A stretch of DNA of 64,000 nt, taken from contig CAYRVH010000001.1 in the NCBI GenBank assembly GCA_964427855.1, positions 21,649 to 85,648 of the forward strand. Direction: 5' to 3'. The notes beneath the pieces are model-generated. The model was not told the origin of the DNA and ran no database searches. It was given only the letters and a program-made list of their open reading frames with translations. The DNA comes from an uncultured Syntrophaceae bacterium (GTDB lineage Bacteria > Desulfobacterota > Desulfomonilia > Desulfomonilales > Desulfomonilaceae). Positions 43,920 through 51,663 of the stretch are shown in pieces; within the stretch, counting starts at the first letter, position 1; each line of letters begins with the position of its first letter. The translations under genes were made by a program, and so were the position numbers.

Positions 43920-45725
43920 TTAAAACTCAAATTTCATCGAAAATTCCCCGCCGATGATGGGATCGATGGTTCTATTCGGACGTGCACCGTTGTAAACAGT
44001 ATCGTTGTTCCAAGCTGTCACTGACCTGTCCACGCACGCATAATTAAACCACTTCCCGGGCGCCCAATAGCCCAGCACCATACCGCACTGCCAGCCTTCG
44101 AGGAACTGCCAGTCGAACCCGATGTTGATTTCATAACCAAGTTCTCGCTGAGGAATATTTGGAACTCCGGTGAGGTCTTGCTGATTGGGACTTGTATTCC
44201 CTGGTATGTTGAGAGGGCCCGGGCTCACGTGGTCGAAGTGTACATTACCATCCGCTCCATCCCCCCAGTGTGGATAGAGCACCCCCCACGGATAGCCATG
44301 GGATGTCCTTTGGGCCCAAAAGAGGGTTCCGAACATGTTCAAGTTTGATGCAATCGCGTAGTCAAGACGCCCGGCCAACACAAAGGCGTCTCTTAAAAAT
44401 CCATCCCCTGACAGATTATAGGCATTCAGACCGGACCCGTAATCATAGGAAAACAGGTAGCTGTAGGTCCGAAAGACGCTGAAGTTGCCGAGATGAGTGT
44501 CATAAGACGGATGCCACACAAAGGCGGCCGGCTGACGGTCGATGTATCTCCCGGCCCGTCTATCAGGCCCCGGAGACCACGCGGTAATGAAACTGACCTT
44601 CGCCGGACCGGCAAAGACCCCTGCCTCCAGCATGCCGCGCCACTGCTCGATGTAGCGGGTGTAGGGCATATACACACAGTCACTGTCAGCGTCCTGGTTC
44701 TGTCCTGGGAAGCCATTGCGCGGTTGGTACCGGTCGATCCAGTAAAGCCACGCCGCCTCTGTATTCAAGAAGACTCTCCCATTATTATATTTTAGAAATA
44801 TTGTCCCGTGGTTAAGCTGCGCGTCTAATCGGATCACGGGGGACGGATTGTCGTCTGCCACTAGGATAGCCTCAGGTCCAATGTGGTACCCGCCAAGTGA
44901 CGCCAGAGCCCCGAACTGCATTGGGCCATTTGAATAGCTCACAAACACCAGGAAATCTGTCGAAAACGATCCGCTTCGATCTGCCCTACTGAAGTATTGA
45001 CTAGGCGTCCTCATGTCATCGTTAGCTGAGTAATGATGGGGCAGATCATAAGGGTCGCCGTATGCGGCTTCCGCGGCCACCCTGTTTCTGATAAGGCGCT
45101 CTCTAAGAATACTTGAGCTGCCCACGAATCGGTACGGATAAAATCCAATCCCGAAATCAAAAGGTCCGTAGGGAACGGCGAGAACAATAGATTCGGTGGT
45201 AGCTGCGTCGGAACCGTCATATTGGAGCCCTGTACCGAACGTCCACGGCCGTTTGCCCACGCCGAACACGCCCCATGGCGTGTTGGCCGTGAGCCAAAAT
45301 TGCGTCCACTGTCCCTGGCTAAATGCGTTTTTGGTCCCAGGGGAATTCTGGGTGTGGTAGCTGGATGCCGCAGGATCTCCCAAGGTGCCCAAGCGATACA
45401 ATCCCCTCATCCGTATCGCTGGGTTGATCTTTATCTCGGGCTCGAACTCCACATTGAAATATGACCATCCGGAACTCGAGCCCGTGACAAAGTTCGTGTC
45501 GAATTGGCCCCCATTCCAGAAGTTGAGGTTTTGGGCCCTTGTGGCGACGCCGTTGTCCACGTTGTAGCGACCGAAAAATCCCTTTTCTCCCATCTGGTCG
45601 TACCATTCGTACGTCCAGTTGAACGACCCCTTCAAGCTGAATTCCCATGCGTTCGCGGTGTTCAGCATCCCGAAGCTCACCACGATGCTGAGAGCCAAGA
45701 ACGCAAAGCGTCGTTGGATATGCAT
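43920..45725 (-). CDS. Outer-membrane beta-barrel (porin-like) protein, family unknown
   Basis: Signal peptide MHIQRRFAFLALSIVVSFGMLNTANA, alternating aromatic/Gly-rich beta-strand pattern, and C-terminal ...GGEFSMKFEF (terminal Phe, an OMP signature). GGGAGG RBS. Confidence 0.65.
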   Translation of the reverse strand: MHIQRRFAFLALSIVVSFGMLNTANAWEFSLKGSFNWTYEWYDQMGEKGFFGRYNVDNGVATRAQNLNFWNGGQFDTNFVTGSSSGWSYFNVEFEPEIKINPAIRMRGLYRLGTLGDPAASSYHTQNSPGTKNAFSQGQWTQFWLTANTPWGVFGVGKRPWTFGTGLQYDGSDAATTESIVLAVPYGPFDFGIGFYPYRFVGSSSILRERLIRNRVAAEAAYGDPYDLPHHYSANDDMRTPSQYFSRADRSGSFSTDFLVFVSYSNGPMQFGALASLGGYHIGPEAILVADDNPSPVIRLDAQLNHGTIFLKYNNGRVFLNTEAAWLYWIDRYQPRNGFPGQNQDADSDCVYMPYTRYIEQWRGMLEAGVFAGPAKVSFITAWSPGPDRRAGRYIDRQPAAFVWHPSYDTHLGNFSVFRTYSYLFSYDYGSGLNAYNLSGDGFLRDAFVLAGRLDYAIASNLNMFGTLFWAQRTSHGYPWGVLYPHWGDGADGNVHFDHVSPGPLNIPGNTSPNQQDLTGVPNIPQRELGYEINIGFDWQFLEGWQCGMVLGYWAPGKWFNYACVDRSVTAWNNDTVYNGARPNRTIDPIIGGEFSMKFEF

Positions 45726-45901
45726 TCCATCCTCCCGAGTCAACCAAGCTGCATGTAACACGTATGCGTTAATCATAGCATTACGCCTCCCCCTGTCAAC
45801 TCATTTCTCGGCACAAAGGTCATTTTTTCTTTCCAAGGGCCTATCGCTTTTTCCCAAAAAAGTTTCAGACAACCGATTCGGGTGCATTCTTTTCTTTTTT
45901 T

Positions 45902-45929
45902 TGCTATGAGTGGGGCTTGACTCATAGCA
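45902..45929. promoter_or_regulatory. Perfect 28-bp palindrome (TGCTATGAGT-N8-ACTCATAGCA) overlapping the cbiM -35
   Basis: The 10-bp arms at 45902-45911 and 45920-45929 are exact reverse complements. Lies in the divergent OMP/cbiM intergenic region. Confidence 0.45.
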
Positions 45930-45945
45930 CGTTAGGCAATAATGT
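45917..45945 (+). promoter_or_regulatory. Candidate sigma70 promoter of cbiM (TTGACT-17-TAATGT)
   Basis: TTGACT 45917-45922, 17-nt spacer, TAATGT 45940-45945. About 125-nt leader to ATG 46075. Confidence 0.45.
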
Positions 45946-46074
45946 AACAATATCTCTGCGGCTCAGGCCTCAAGATGTGCGTCATGCATATCCGCCCGCG
46001 TCTCGACGCCGTGGCGCAACAAGGCTGTCGAGATGCAGCGTTCGTCGCATTTTTCAGGAGGAAGTGACGGGACC

Positions 46075-46677
46075 ATGCACATTTCAGAAGGGGTATTATC
46101 AGCGCCGGTACTCGGAGCAGGCGCAGCGCTCACCGTTGCAGGACTCGCCATCGGACTTCGAAAAATGGATTACGAGAAGCTCCCAGAAGTCGCGGTCTTG
46201 TCGGCGGTTTTTTTTGTTGCCTCGTTGATTCACGTCCCCGTGGGGCCCTCCGCGGCTCATCTCGTGATGAACGGGCTCTGCGGCATCTTGCTTGGCTGGC
46301 TCGCCTTTCCTGCCATCTTCGTGGGACTCGCATTGCAAGCCGTTCTTTTTGAATTCGGCGGGTTGACCACATTGGGAATCAATACGTTCAACATGGCCTT
46401 TCCCGCTGTCGCATTGGGTTTCGTATGCCGATATGTTGTGAAGAGTTCGTCTCCAGTAGCGCGGAGCATTGCAGAGTTTGCAGCCGGCGCAGGCGCGATA
46501 CTGCTGGCCGGTCTTCTTGTGGCAGCGTCGCTTGTCCTTGCCTTGGGCGAGTCTATGGATGCGGCGGCGAAACTCATTGTGGCAGCCCACATTCCCATTA
46601 TGATCATTGAGGGTTTCATCACCATATTTGTAGTGGAGTTCATCCGAAAGACGCGACCGGAGATGCTCACGGGGTAA
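46075..46677 (+). CDS. cbiM: ECF-type Co/Ni transporter substrate-capture component CbiM/NikM
   Basis: N-terminus MHISEGVLSAPVLGAG... (MHIxEG hallmark), 6-7 TM helices. GGAGG RBS before ATG 46075. Confidence 0.88.
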   Translation: MHISEGVLSAPVLGAGAALTVAGLAIGLRKMDYEKLPEVAVLSAVFFVASLIHVPVGPSAAHLVMNGLCGILLGWLAFPAIFVGLALQAVLFEFGGLTTLGINTFNMAFPAVALGFVCRYVVKSSSPVARSIAEFAAGAGAILLAGLLVAASLVLALGESMDAAAKLIVAAHIPIMIIEGFITIFVVEFIRKTRPEMLTG

Positions 46678-46721
46678 GAGCGACGAGGAGTCTAGCGGCG
46701 TAGCGAGAGATGTGGCGCATG

Positions 46722-47115
46722 GGTTCTCGAAATTTCTGTCGGATTGAGGTTCACATCATCGAGTTCGTGAGTATTTTCCAAAACCGCTATGGCGGTTAGC
46801 GAGGTGAACGCTTGTCATTTCGAAGGGGCAAGGCTCGAACGAGAGGGAGACGCCGCGACATTTATGTCGTTTCGAAGGAGCCTTGCGACTGAGAAATCTT
46901 TCTGGCTGGGCCAAGATTTCTCGCTTCGCTCGAAATGACAGACGGGGGACGGCTCGAAATGACAGGGAGCAAAGTACTCGAAATGAGAGAATGGGAAGCT
47001 GTGGGAAAGGATAAAACAGGAGGTTGCTCGAATTGATATGAGCCTTTCTACCATCGTAGGCGCCGGCGCCAAGTCTCGATACTTCGGTCGGAATGACAGG
47101 CGGGGCGTCGAATTC
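46722..47115 (-). repeat. Family-A composite hairpin repeat, copy A4 (inverted relative to A1-A3)
   Basis: 46849-46939 is the reverse complement of 42233-42322 with one mismatch. The flanks are homologous at about 75% and the far end is CGAATTC. Sits between cbiM and the next transporter gene. Confidence 0.8.
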
Positions 47116-47180
47116 GTGAGTACCTCGGAGAAGCGCAATAACTCACTGTTATCTAGAGCTGTGAAAGGAGATAGGAAATC

Positions 47181-47954
47181 GTGAGAGTAGCGGCGTTATC
47201 AGCGGCGAGAATCCTGCGCCTCGTGTCGGGGCTCATTGCGCTGGCAGTTTTGCTCAATGCGACCTTTGTGCCCCACGTCGAAGCCCACAAAGTCAACGTG
47301 TTTGCGTACGTTGAAGGCGACCAAGTCGTGGTGGAAGGGTATTTCAGCGGCAGTGTCAAGGCGCAGAATTGCCAGGTGGAAGTGTTTGACGTGACAGGCA
47401 GGAAGCTATTGGAAGGCAAGACAGATACCAAAGGGATTTTTTCTTTCAAGCTTAAGGAATTGCCGCCTTTCAAAGGCGGTTTGAAAATCGTCCTCAATGC
47501 CGAGATGGGGCATCGCGGAGAATATACGCTTCCTGAATCGGATATCCCTCGTGCGCCGAAAAAAGAATCGTCAGAACAGCCTAAGGGTGAACGCGCCACG
47601 GGCGTTGCAGAACCCGCTTCCACCGCGCAGCCCAGCGAGGCCGGGGCGCGGCCTGCCACGGCGCCGGGCGCGAAGGCCGTGGAGGCGCCGCTGGAGGCCG
47701 CGTCCAGGGAGACGGCTCAAGTTTCTGCTTCGCCCGTCATGGACGAAGCCGCGTTGCGCCGGAGTCTGGAAACCGTATTGGATCAGAAGCTTGCCCCCAT
47801 TGTTCGCATGCTTGGCAATCACGAGAAGATCATGCTGGAGGAAAAAATGAGGGGCCCGAAGATGACTGATATCATTGGCGGCATTGGATGGATATTCGGC
47901 ATAGTCGGGGTCTCGGCCTTCTTCTGGAGTAAGAAGCGTCCGGACAAGCCTTAG
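47181..47954 (+). CDS. Accessory Ni/Co transporter component in the CbiN/NikL position (signal peptide, periplasmic beta-rich domain, Ala/Pro linker, C-terminal TM)
   Basis: GTG start with GGAG upstream. HKVNVFAYVEGDQVVVEGYFSG...TDTKGIFSF, ...MTDIIGGIGWIFGIVGVSAFFW. Position between cbiM and cbiQ. Confidence 0.55.
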   Translation: MRVAALSAARILRLVSGLIALAVLLNATFVPHVEAHKVNVFAYVEGDQVVVEGYFSGSVKAQNCQVEVFDVTGRKLLEGKTDTKGIFSFKLKELPPFKGGLKIVLNAEMGHRGEYTLPESDIPRAPKKESSEQPKGERATGVAEPASTAQPSEAGARPATAPGAKAVEAPLEAASRETAQVSASPVMDEAALRRSLETVLDQKLAPIVRMLGNHEKIMLEEKMRGPKMTDIIGGIGWIFGIVGVSAFFWSKKRPDKP

Positions 47955-47969
47955 GAGACAGAAAGCGTT

Positions 47970-48719
47970 TTGCCAATGGAATTAGAAGAGTTTGCCCTTG
48001 GTAACACGTGGGTTCATCGCCTGGATCCGCGTATAAAGATAGTGATTGCCGTCGTCTTTTCCGTGTTGGTCGCGTTGAATAACAGTCTCAGCTCATCTTT
48101 GTTGAGCATTCTTCTTCCTCTTTTTCTTATCCTGGCGGCGCGCTTGGATCTCAGAGCCGTGTTCGTGCGTGTAGCAATCGTCAACGGCTTTATCCTTTTT
48201 ATATGGGTGTTTTTGCCGTTTACCACTCGAGGCGAGACGCTCTCTACCCTAGGGCCGCTAAGTATCCAGCGGGAGGGGATACTTCAAGCCCTTTTGATCA
48301 CGGTGAAATCGAATTCGATCATCCTCATGGGGCTTGGGCTCTTGGGTACGTCCCAGGTCTTCACGCTTGTACATGCCTTGAGTCACTTGGGGATGCCCGA
48401 TAAGCTGGTGCACCTTTTCTTTTTCTGTTTCAGGTACATCCATGTAATCCATGATGAGTATCATCGACTGGTCAACGCCATGAAGATGCGAGGCTTCAAG
48501 CCCAGAACCAATATTCACACGTATCGGTCATACGCGTATCTTGTGGGCATGCTGCTTATTCGAAGTTTCGATAGGTCGAAACGCATACTCAATGCCATGA
48601 GGTGTCGGGGGTTCAAAGGAAAGTTTTATATACTGCACCATTATGAGATGAAACGGCATGATTACGCGCTGGCTTTGTCGTCCCTCGCGTTCAGCTTAGC
48701 CCTTTTGGCAGTTCGCTAG
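47970..48719 (+). CDS. cbiQ: ECF transporter transmembrane (T) component CbiQ
   Basis: ...WVHRLDPRIKIVIAVVFSV..., ...AMKMRGF...RSFDRSKRILNAMRCRGF (the two conserved Arg-rich coupling helices). Start TTG 47970 or ATG 47976. Confidence 0.85.
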   Translation: MPMELEEFALGNTWVHRLDPRIKIVIAVVFSVLVALNNSLSSSLLSILLPLFLILAARLDLRAVFVRVAIVNGFILFIWVFLPFTTRGETLSTLGPLSIQREGILQALLITVKSNSIILMGLGLLGTSQVFTLVHALSHLGMPDKLVHLFFFCFRYIHVIHDEYHRLVNAMKMRGFKPRTNIHTYRSYAYLVGMLLIRSFDRSKRILNAMRCRGFKGKFYILHHYEMKRHDYALALSSLAFSLALLAVR

Positions 48720-48781
48720 ACCTGGGCTCGTCGGATCGCGCCGTTCAGAGTCTTTCGTTGCACAAGAGATTCTGGGAATAG

Positions 48782-49426
48782 ATGATGATACATCTGAAAG
48801 ACATAGTGTTTAGGTATGGTACGAAGATTGTTCTGAACGGTCTCAACCTCCACATAGGCCCTCGAGATCGAATCGCCCTGGTGGGATCTAATGGGAGCGG
48901 CAAGACAACACTTTGCCATATCATCATGGGCTTGTTGAGGCCGCAGTCTGGAGAGATCCACATGTTAGGCAAGAAAAGGGTTACTGAGGCGGATTTCGCC
49001 GAGATTCGCGGCAAGATAGGCTTTTTGTTTCAAGATTCCGACGATCAACTCTTTTGTCCGACGGTGATCGAGGATGTGGCATTCGGCCCGCTCAATCTCG
49101 GGCAGACGCCTGAACAGGCCCGGCGGACCGTGACAGAGACGCTGAATTCCCTGGATCTCGACGGGTTCGAAGAGCGGATCACCTATAAACTCTCCGGGGG
49201 GGAGAAAAGGCTTGTGTCGTTGGCCACGGTCCTGGCGATGCAACCCCAGTTCCTCATTCTCGACGAACCGACATCGGGACTGGACGAAAAAACCACCGCA
49301 CGGCTTGTTCAGATCCTCCTGCGGTCAGCGCTTGGATATTTGATCATTTCCCATGATCACGAGTTCGTCGCGCGCACGGCTCTCCAAGGTTATAAACTGA
49401 AAAACGGGCGCATAGAGCCTATGTAG
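48782..49426 (+). CDS. cbiO: ECF transporter ATPase CbiO (short form)
   Basis: Walker A GSNGSGKTT, signature LSGGEKRLV, Walker B FLILDEPTSGLD. Confidence 0.88.
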   Translation: MMIHLKDIVFRYGTKIVLNGLNLHIGPRDRIALVGSNGSGKTTLCHIIMGLLRPQSGEIHMLGKKRVTEADFAEIRGKIGFLFQDSDDQLFCPTVIEDVAFGPLNLGQTPEQARRTVTETLNSLDLDGFEERITYKLSGGEKRLVSLATVLAMQPQFLILDEPTSGLDEKTTARLVQILLRSALGYLIISHDHEFVARTALQGYKLKNGRIEPM

Positions 49427-49479
49427 AGCCCGGTTAGAGTTATTTGGCCACTTTTGCTGCCAACGGCCATGGCAAAAAC

Positions 49480-49980
49480 TCAGTATTTTGACGTACAACC
49501 AGGAAACGGACTCAAGCCCGATCCCCCTCCCTGACCGCCTCCCCCGCCGCCTTCTTGCGCGCCCACAGGAACGGGATCCTTTCCGCCGGACATGCGGAGC
49601 GTCCAACCTCGTACGCCTTGTTCTGTGCCCTGGGAAGTACTGGCAGTCACCGTTCCTTCCTTGTTGGCCAGTGTGACGCCGCATTTTGTGGTCGGTCCGG
49701 GGAACCCGTATTTCCCACTGGTATCCGCTAACACGGCGTCCACGGCACTACTCACATCCGCATCCGTGGTGGCCACCACAGATGAGGTGTTCATCAGGTC
49801 GTCAGTGAGCTTCTTGTGCACGGCGGCTTTGAGGTTATAGAGGTCGGCTAACGCGGCTTGATCACATGAGGTCTTTTTATAATGGGAGTAGTATGGAAGG
49901 GCAATGGCTAACAAGATGCCAATGATGGCAATGGCTACCATCAATTCAGCGATAGTAAATCCGTGTGTGCTCTTGTTCAT
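49480..49980 (-). CDS. Type IV pilin / pseudopilin with prepilin N-terminal methylation motif
   Basis: MNKSTHG|FTIAELMVAIAIIGILLAIALPYY. C-terminal Gly-rich tail (EGGGGGGQGGGSG). Confidence 0.8.
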   Translation of the reverse strand: MNKSTHGFTIAELMVAIAIIGILLAIALPYYSHYKKTSCDQAALADLYNLKAAVHKKLTDDLMNTSSVVATTDADVSSAVDAVLADTSGKYGFPGPTTKCGVTLANKEGTVTASTSQGTEQGVRGWTLRMSGGKDPVPVGAQEGGGGGGQGGGSGLSPFPGCTSKY

Positions 49981-50403
49981 ACGCTCCTTGAAAGCGCTTG
50001 CCATCGCGCTCATAGCCAATTGCGTCCGCAGCCGTTCCTGGGACGATTCTTCTCCTTTTGCTCTTTATCAAGAGCGTGATGCCAACGCCAGCCAGAGCCG
50101 CCGTGATATGAAAAAGAATCGCCTGATTACAGGGGCCGCGTTGCCTCTTTCTTGACTCATAGCACGCAGGGCCACGACGGGTATCAGGAGGTTTGCCCTG
50201 CGCCGAGATTCTTCATAGACGATTCTCAACACGTAACAGCGAATCTTATAGCACAAATCAAGCGGATCTGACAAATGAAAATAGCCAGGAGGTTCACCAA
50301 TAATTGATCGGCGGTATTTGATTCATGGAGTGATACAGAACGCTTGTCGTTTTTTGGAATCTACAACCGTTCTCAACAGAAATCACGAAATGGCTATACG
50401 CTG

Positions 50404-50494
50404 GTCATTCCCGTAAAAATGAGAATCCAGGAAACCCCCTATGGATCACCACTTTCGTAAGGATGACATAGCGGAGCCTCGGGCGCCATTCGTG
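50404..50494 (+). repeat. Family-B hairpin repeat, copy B2
   Basis: GTCATTCCCGTAAAAATGAGAATCCAGGAAACCCCCTATGGATCACCACTTTCGTAAGGATGACATAGCGG... Confidence 0.7.
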
Positions 50495-50566
50495 ATTTAT
50501 TTCGAGAGCTCCTAACACAGGGGAAAGTCTTGAAAACAGCAGCGCTGGGGCTTGGCTGCCGATGAG

Positions 50567-51340
50567 CTACCACGCGATAGTCGGCCCGACCTGATCTTGA
50601 AGGGCGCAGTAGATCGTCCCGCGCCTTGCGAGAAAGGCCTTTAAGGAATGTTTCGCCGACTCCATTGCCAGTTCGAGTCGATTATTCGTAGCCGAAATGT
50701 GCGCGAGGATAACCGCCTGCAGTTCGTCGGACGCAATGCGTTCGAGTATGCGTCCGGAGTCGACGTTCGAGAGGTGTCCCAAACGACCCTTCACTCTCTG
50801 TTTAAGTTCCCAAGGATATGGGCCGTCTCGAAGCATTTGCAGGTCATGGTTGCTCTCAAGCACCACGACTTGCAAATCCTGGAGCAGCGTAGTCACCAGG
50901 CTGGTTATGGAACCCAAGTCTGTTGCGATGCCGAGACGGGCCGGCCCGGCGCTTATTCTGAAGCCCACAGGTTCAGCGCTGTCATGAGGCACGGAAAAAG
51001 GATGGACTTTGAAACACGCCACCTGGAAGGCGCGACCAGTTTCAAACAACTCTAGGCTGTGTATCCTCCCGACGTAGTGCTGGATTTCTTCCCACGTCCC
51101 GCTGTTCATGTACAGTGGGAGCTTGTATTTGCGTGACAAGACGCCCACGCCCTTGACGTGGTCCGAGTGGCCATGGGAAACGAGAATAGCCCGCAGGGAC
51201 GAAGGATCTACGCCAATTTGATCCAGCCGTTCTGTAATCTGTTTGGCGGTCAGTCCGGCGTCCACCAGTATCGAGCAACCCTTATCCTGGACAAGAAACG
51301 AATTTCCCGAACTGCCGCTTGCTAAAGGAGTTATCTGCAC
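50567..51340 (-). CDS. MBL-fold metallo-hydrolase
   Basis: ...GSSGNSFLV...ILVDAG...LVSHGHSDHVKG.... GTG 51340 (AGGGG upstream) is preferred over TTG 51385. Confidence 0.8.
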   Translation of the reverse strand: MQITPLASGSSGNSFLVQDKGCSILVDAGLTAKQITERLDQIGVDPSSLRAILVSHGHSDHVKGVGVLSRKYKLPLYMNSGTWEEIQHYVGRIHSLELFETGRAFQVACFKVHPFSVPHDSAEPVGFRISAGPARLGIATDLGSITSLVTTLLQDLQVVVLESNHDLQMLRDGPYPWELKQRVKGRLGHLSNVDSGRILERIASDELQAVILAHISATNNRLELAMESAKHSLKAFLARRGTIYCALQDQVGPTIAW

Positions 51341-51552
51341 GGGCGTCAACCCCTGCGAAAAGGGTGTAGATTGTTGGGAGCGCAAAGTATCCCTTGTGGG
51401 AGGTCTGTGTCAAGAAGATTTGCCGGCTGCTGGCAACCTCTCTCTTGCGTGGTGAATGTGGAGGGGAGGAGGTTTTTTCTTGAGTGGCGAGGATTTTCCT
51501 TCCTGCTATAACCATTCTGAAAAGGAATTGCGAACTAATGACATGTCAAATT

Positions 51553-51654
51553 GTCATTCCCATGAAAATGGAAATCGAGAGAACTTGTTATGATCCCCAC
51601 TTTCGTGAGGATGACGTAATCATGGGGCACGCTCCTAATTAGTGATGAATTTGG
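51553..51654 (+). repeat. Family-B hairpin repeat, copy B3
   Basis: GTCATTCCCATGAAAATGGAAATCGAG...TGATCCCCACTTTCGTGAGGATGACGTAATC... Confidence 0.65.
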
Positions 51655-51663
51655 CGAATTCCT

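Noticed and set aside
45946-46074. Cobalamin or NiCo riboswitch in the about 125-nt cbiM leader. It contains the stem CTCGAC...GTCGAG and a weak hairpin plus TTTTT just before the RBS.
   Set aside because: No B12 box or GCCACUG-type core, and no recognisable NiCo (czcD) consensus. Structure alone is insufficient, so it is left as an unclassified leader.
50063-50086. Sigma54 promoter upstream of the pilin gene (TGGCATCACGCTCTTGA on the minus strand).
   Set aside because: The GG-to-GC spacing is off by two and the -12 element is TTGA rather than TTGC. It does not fit TGGCAC-N5-TTGC.
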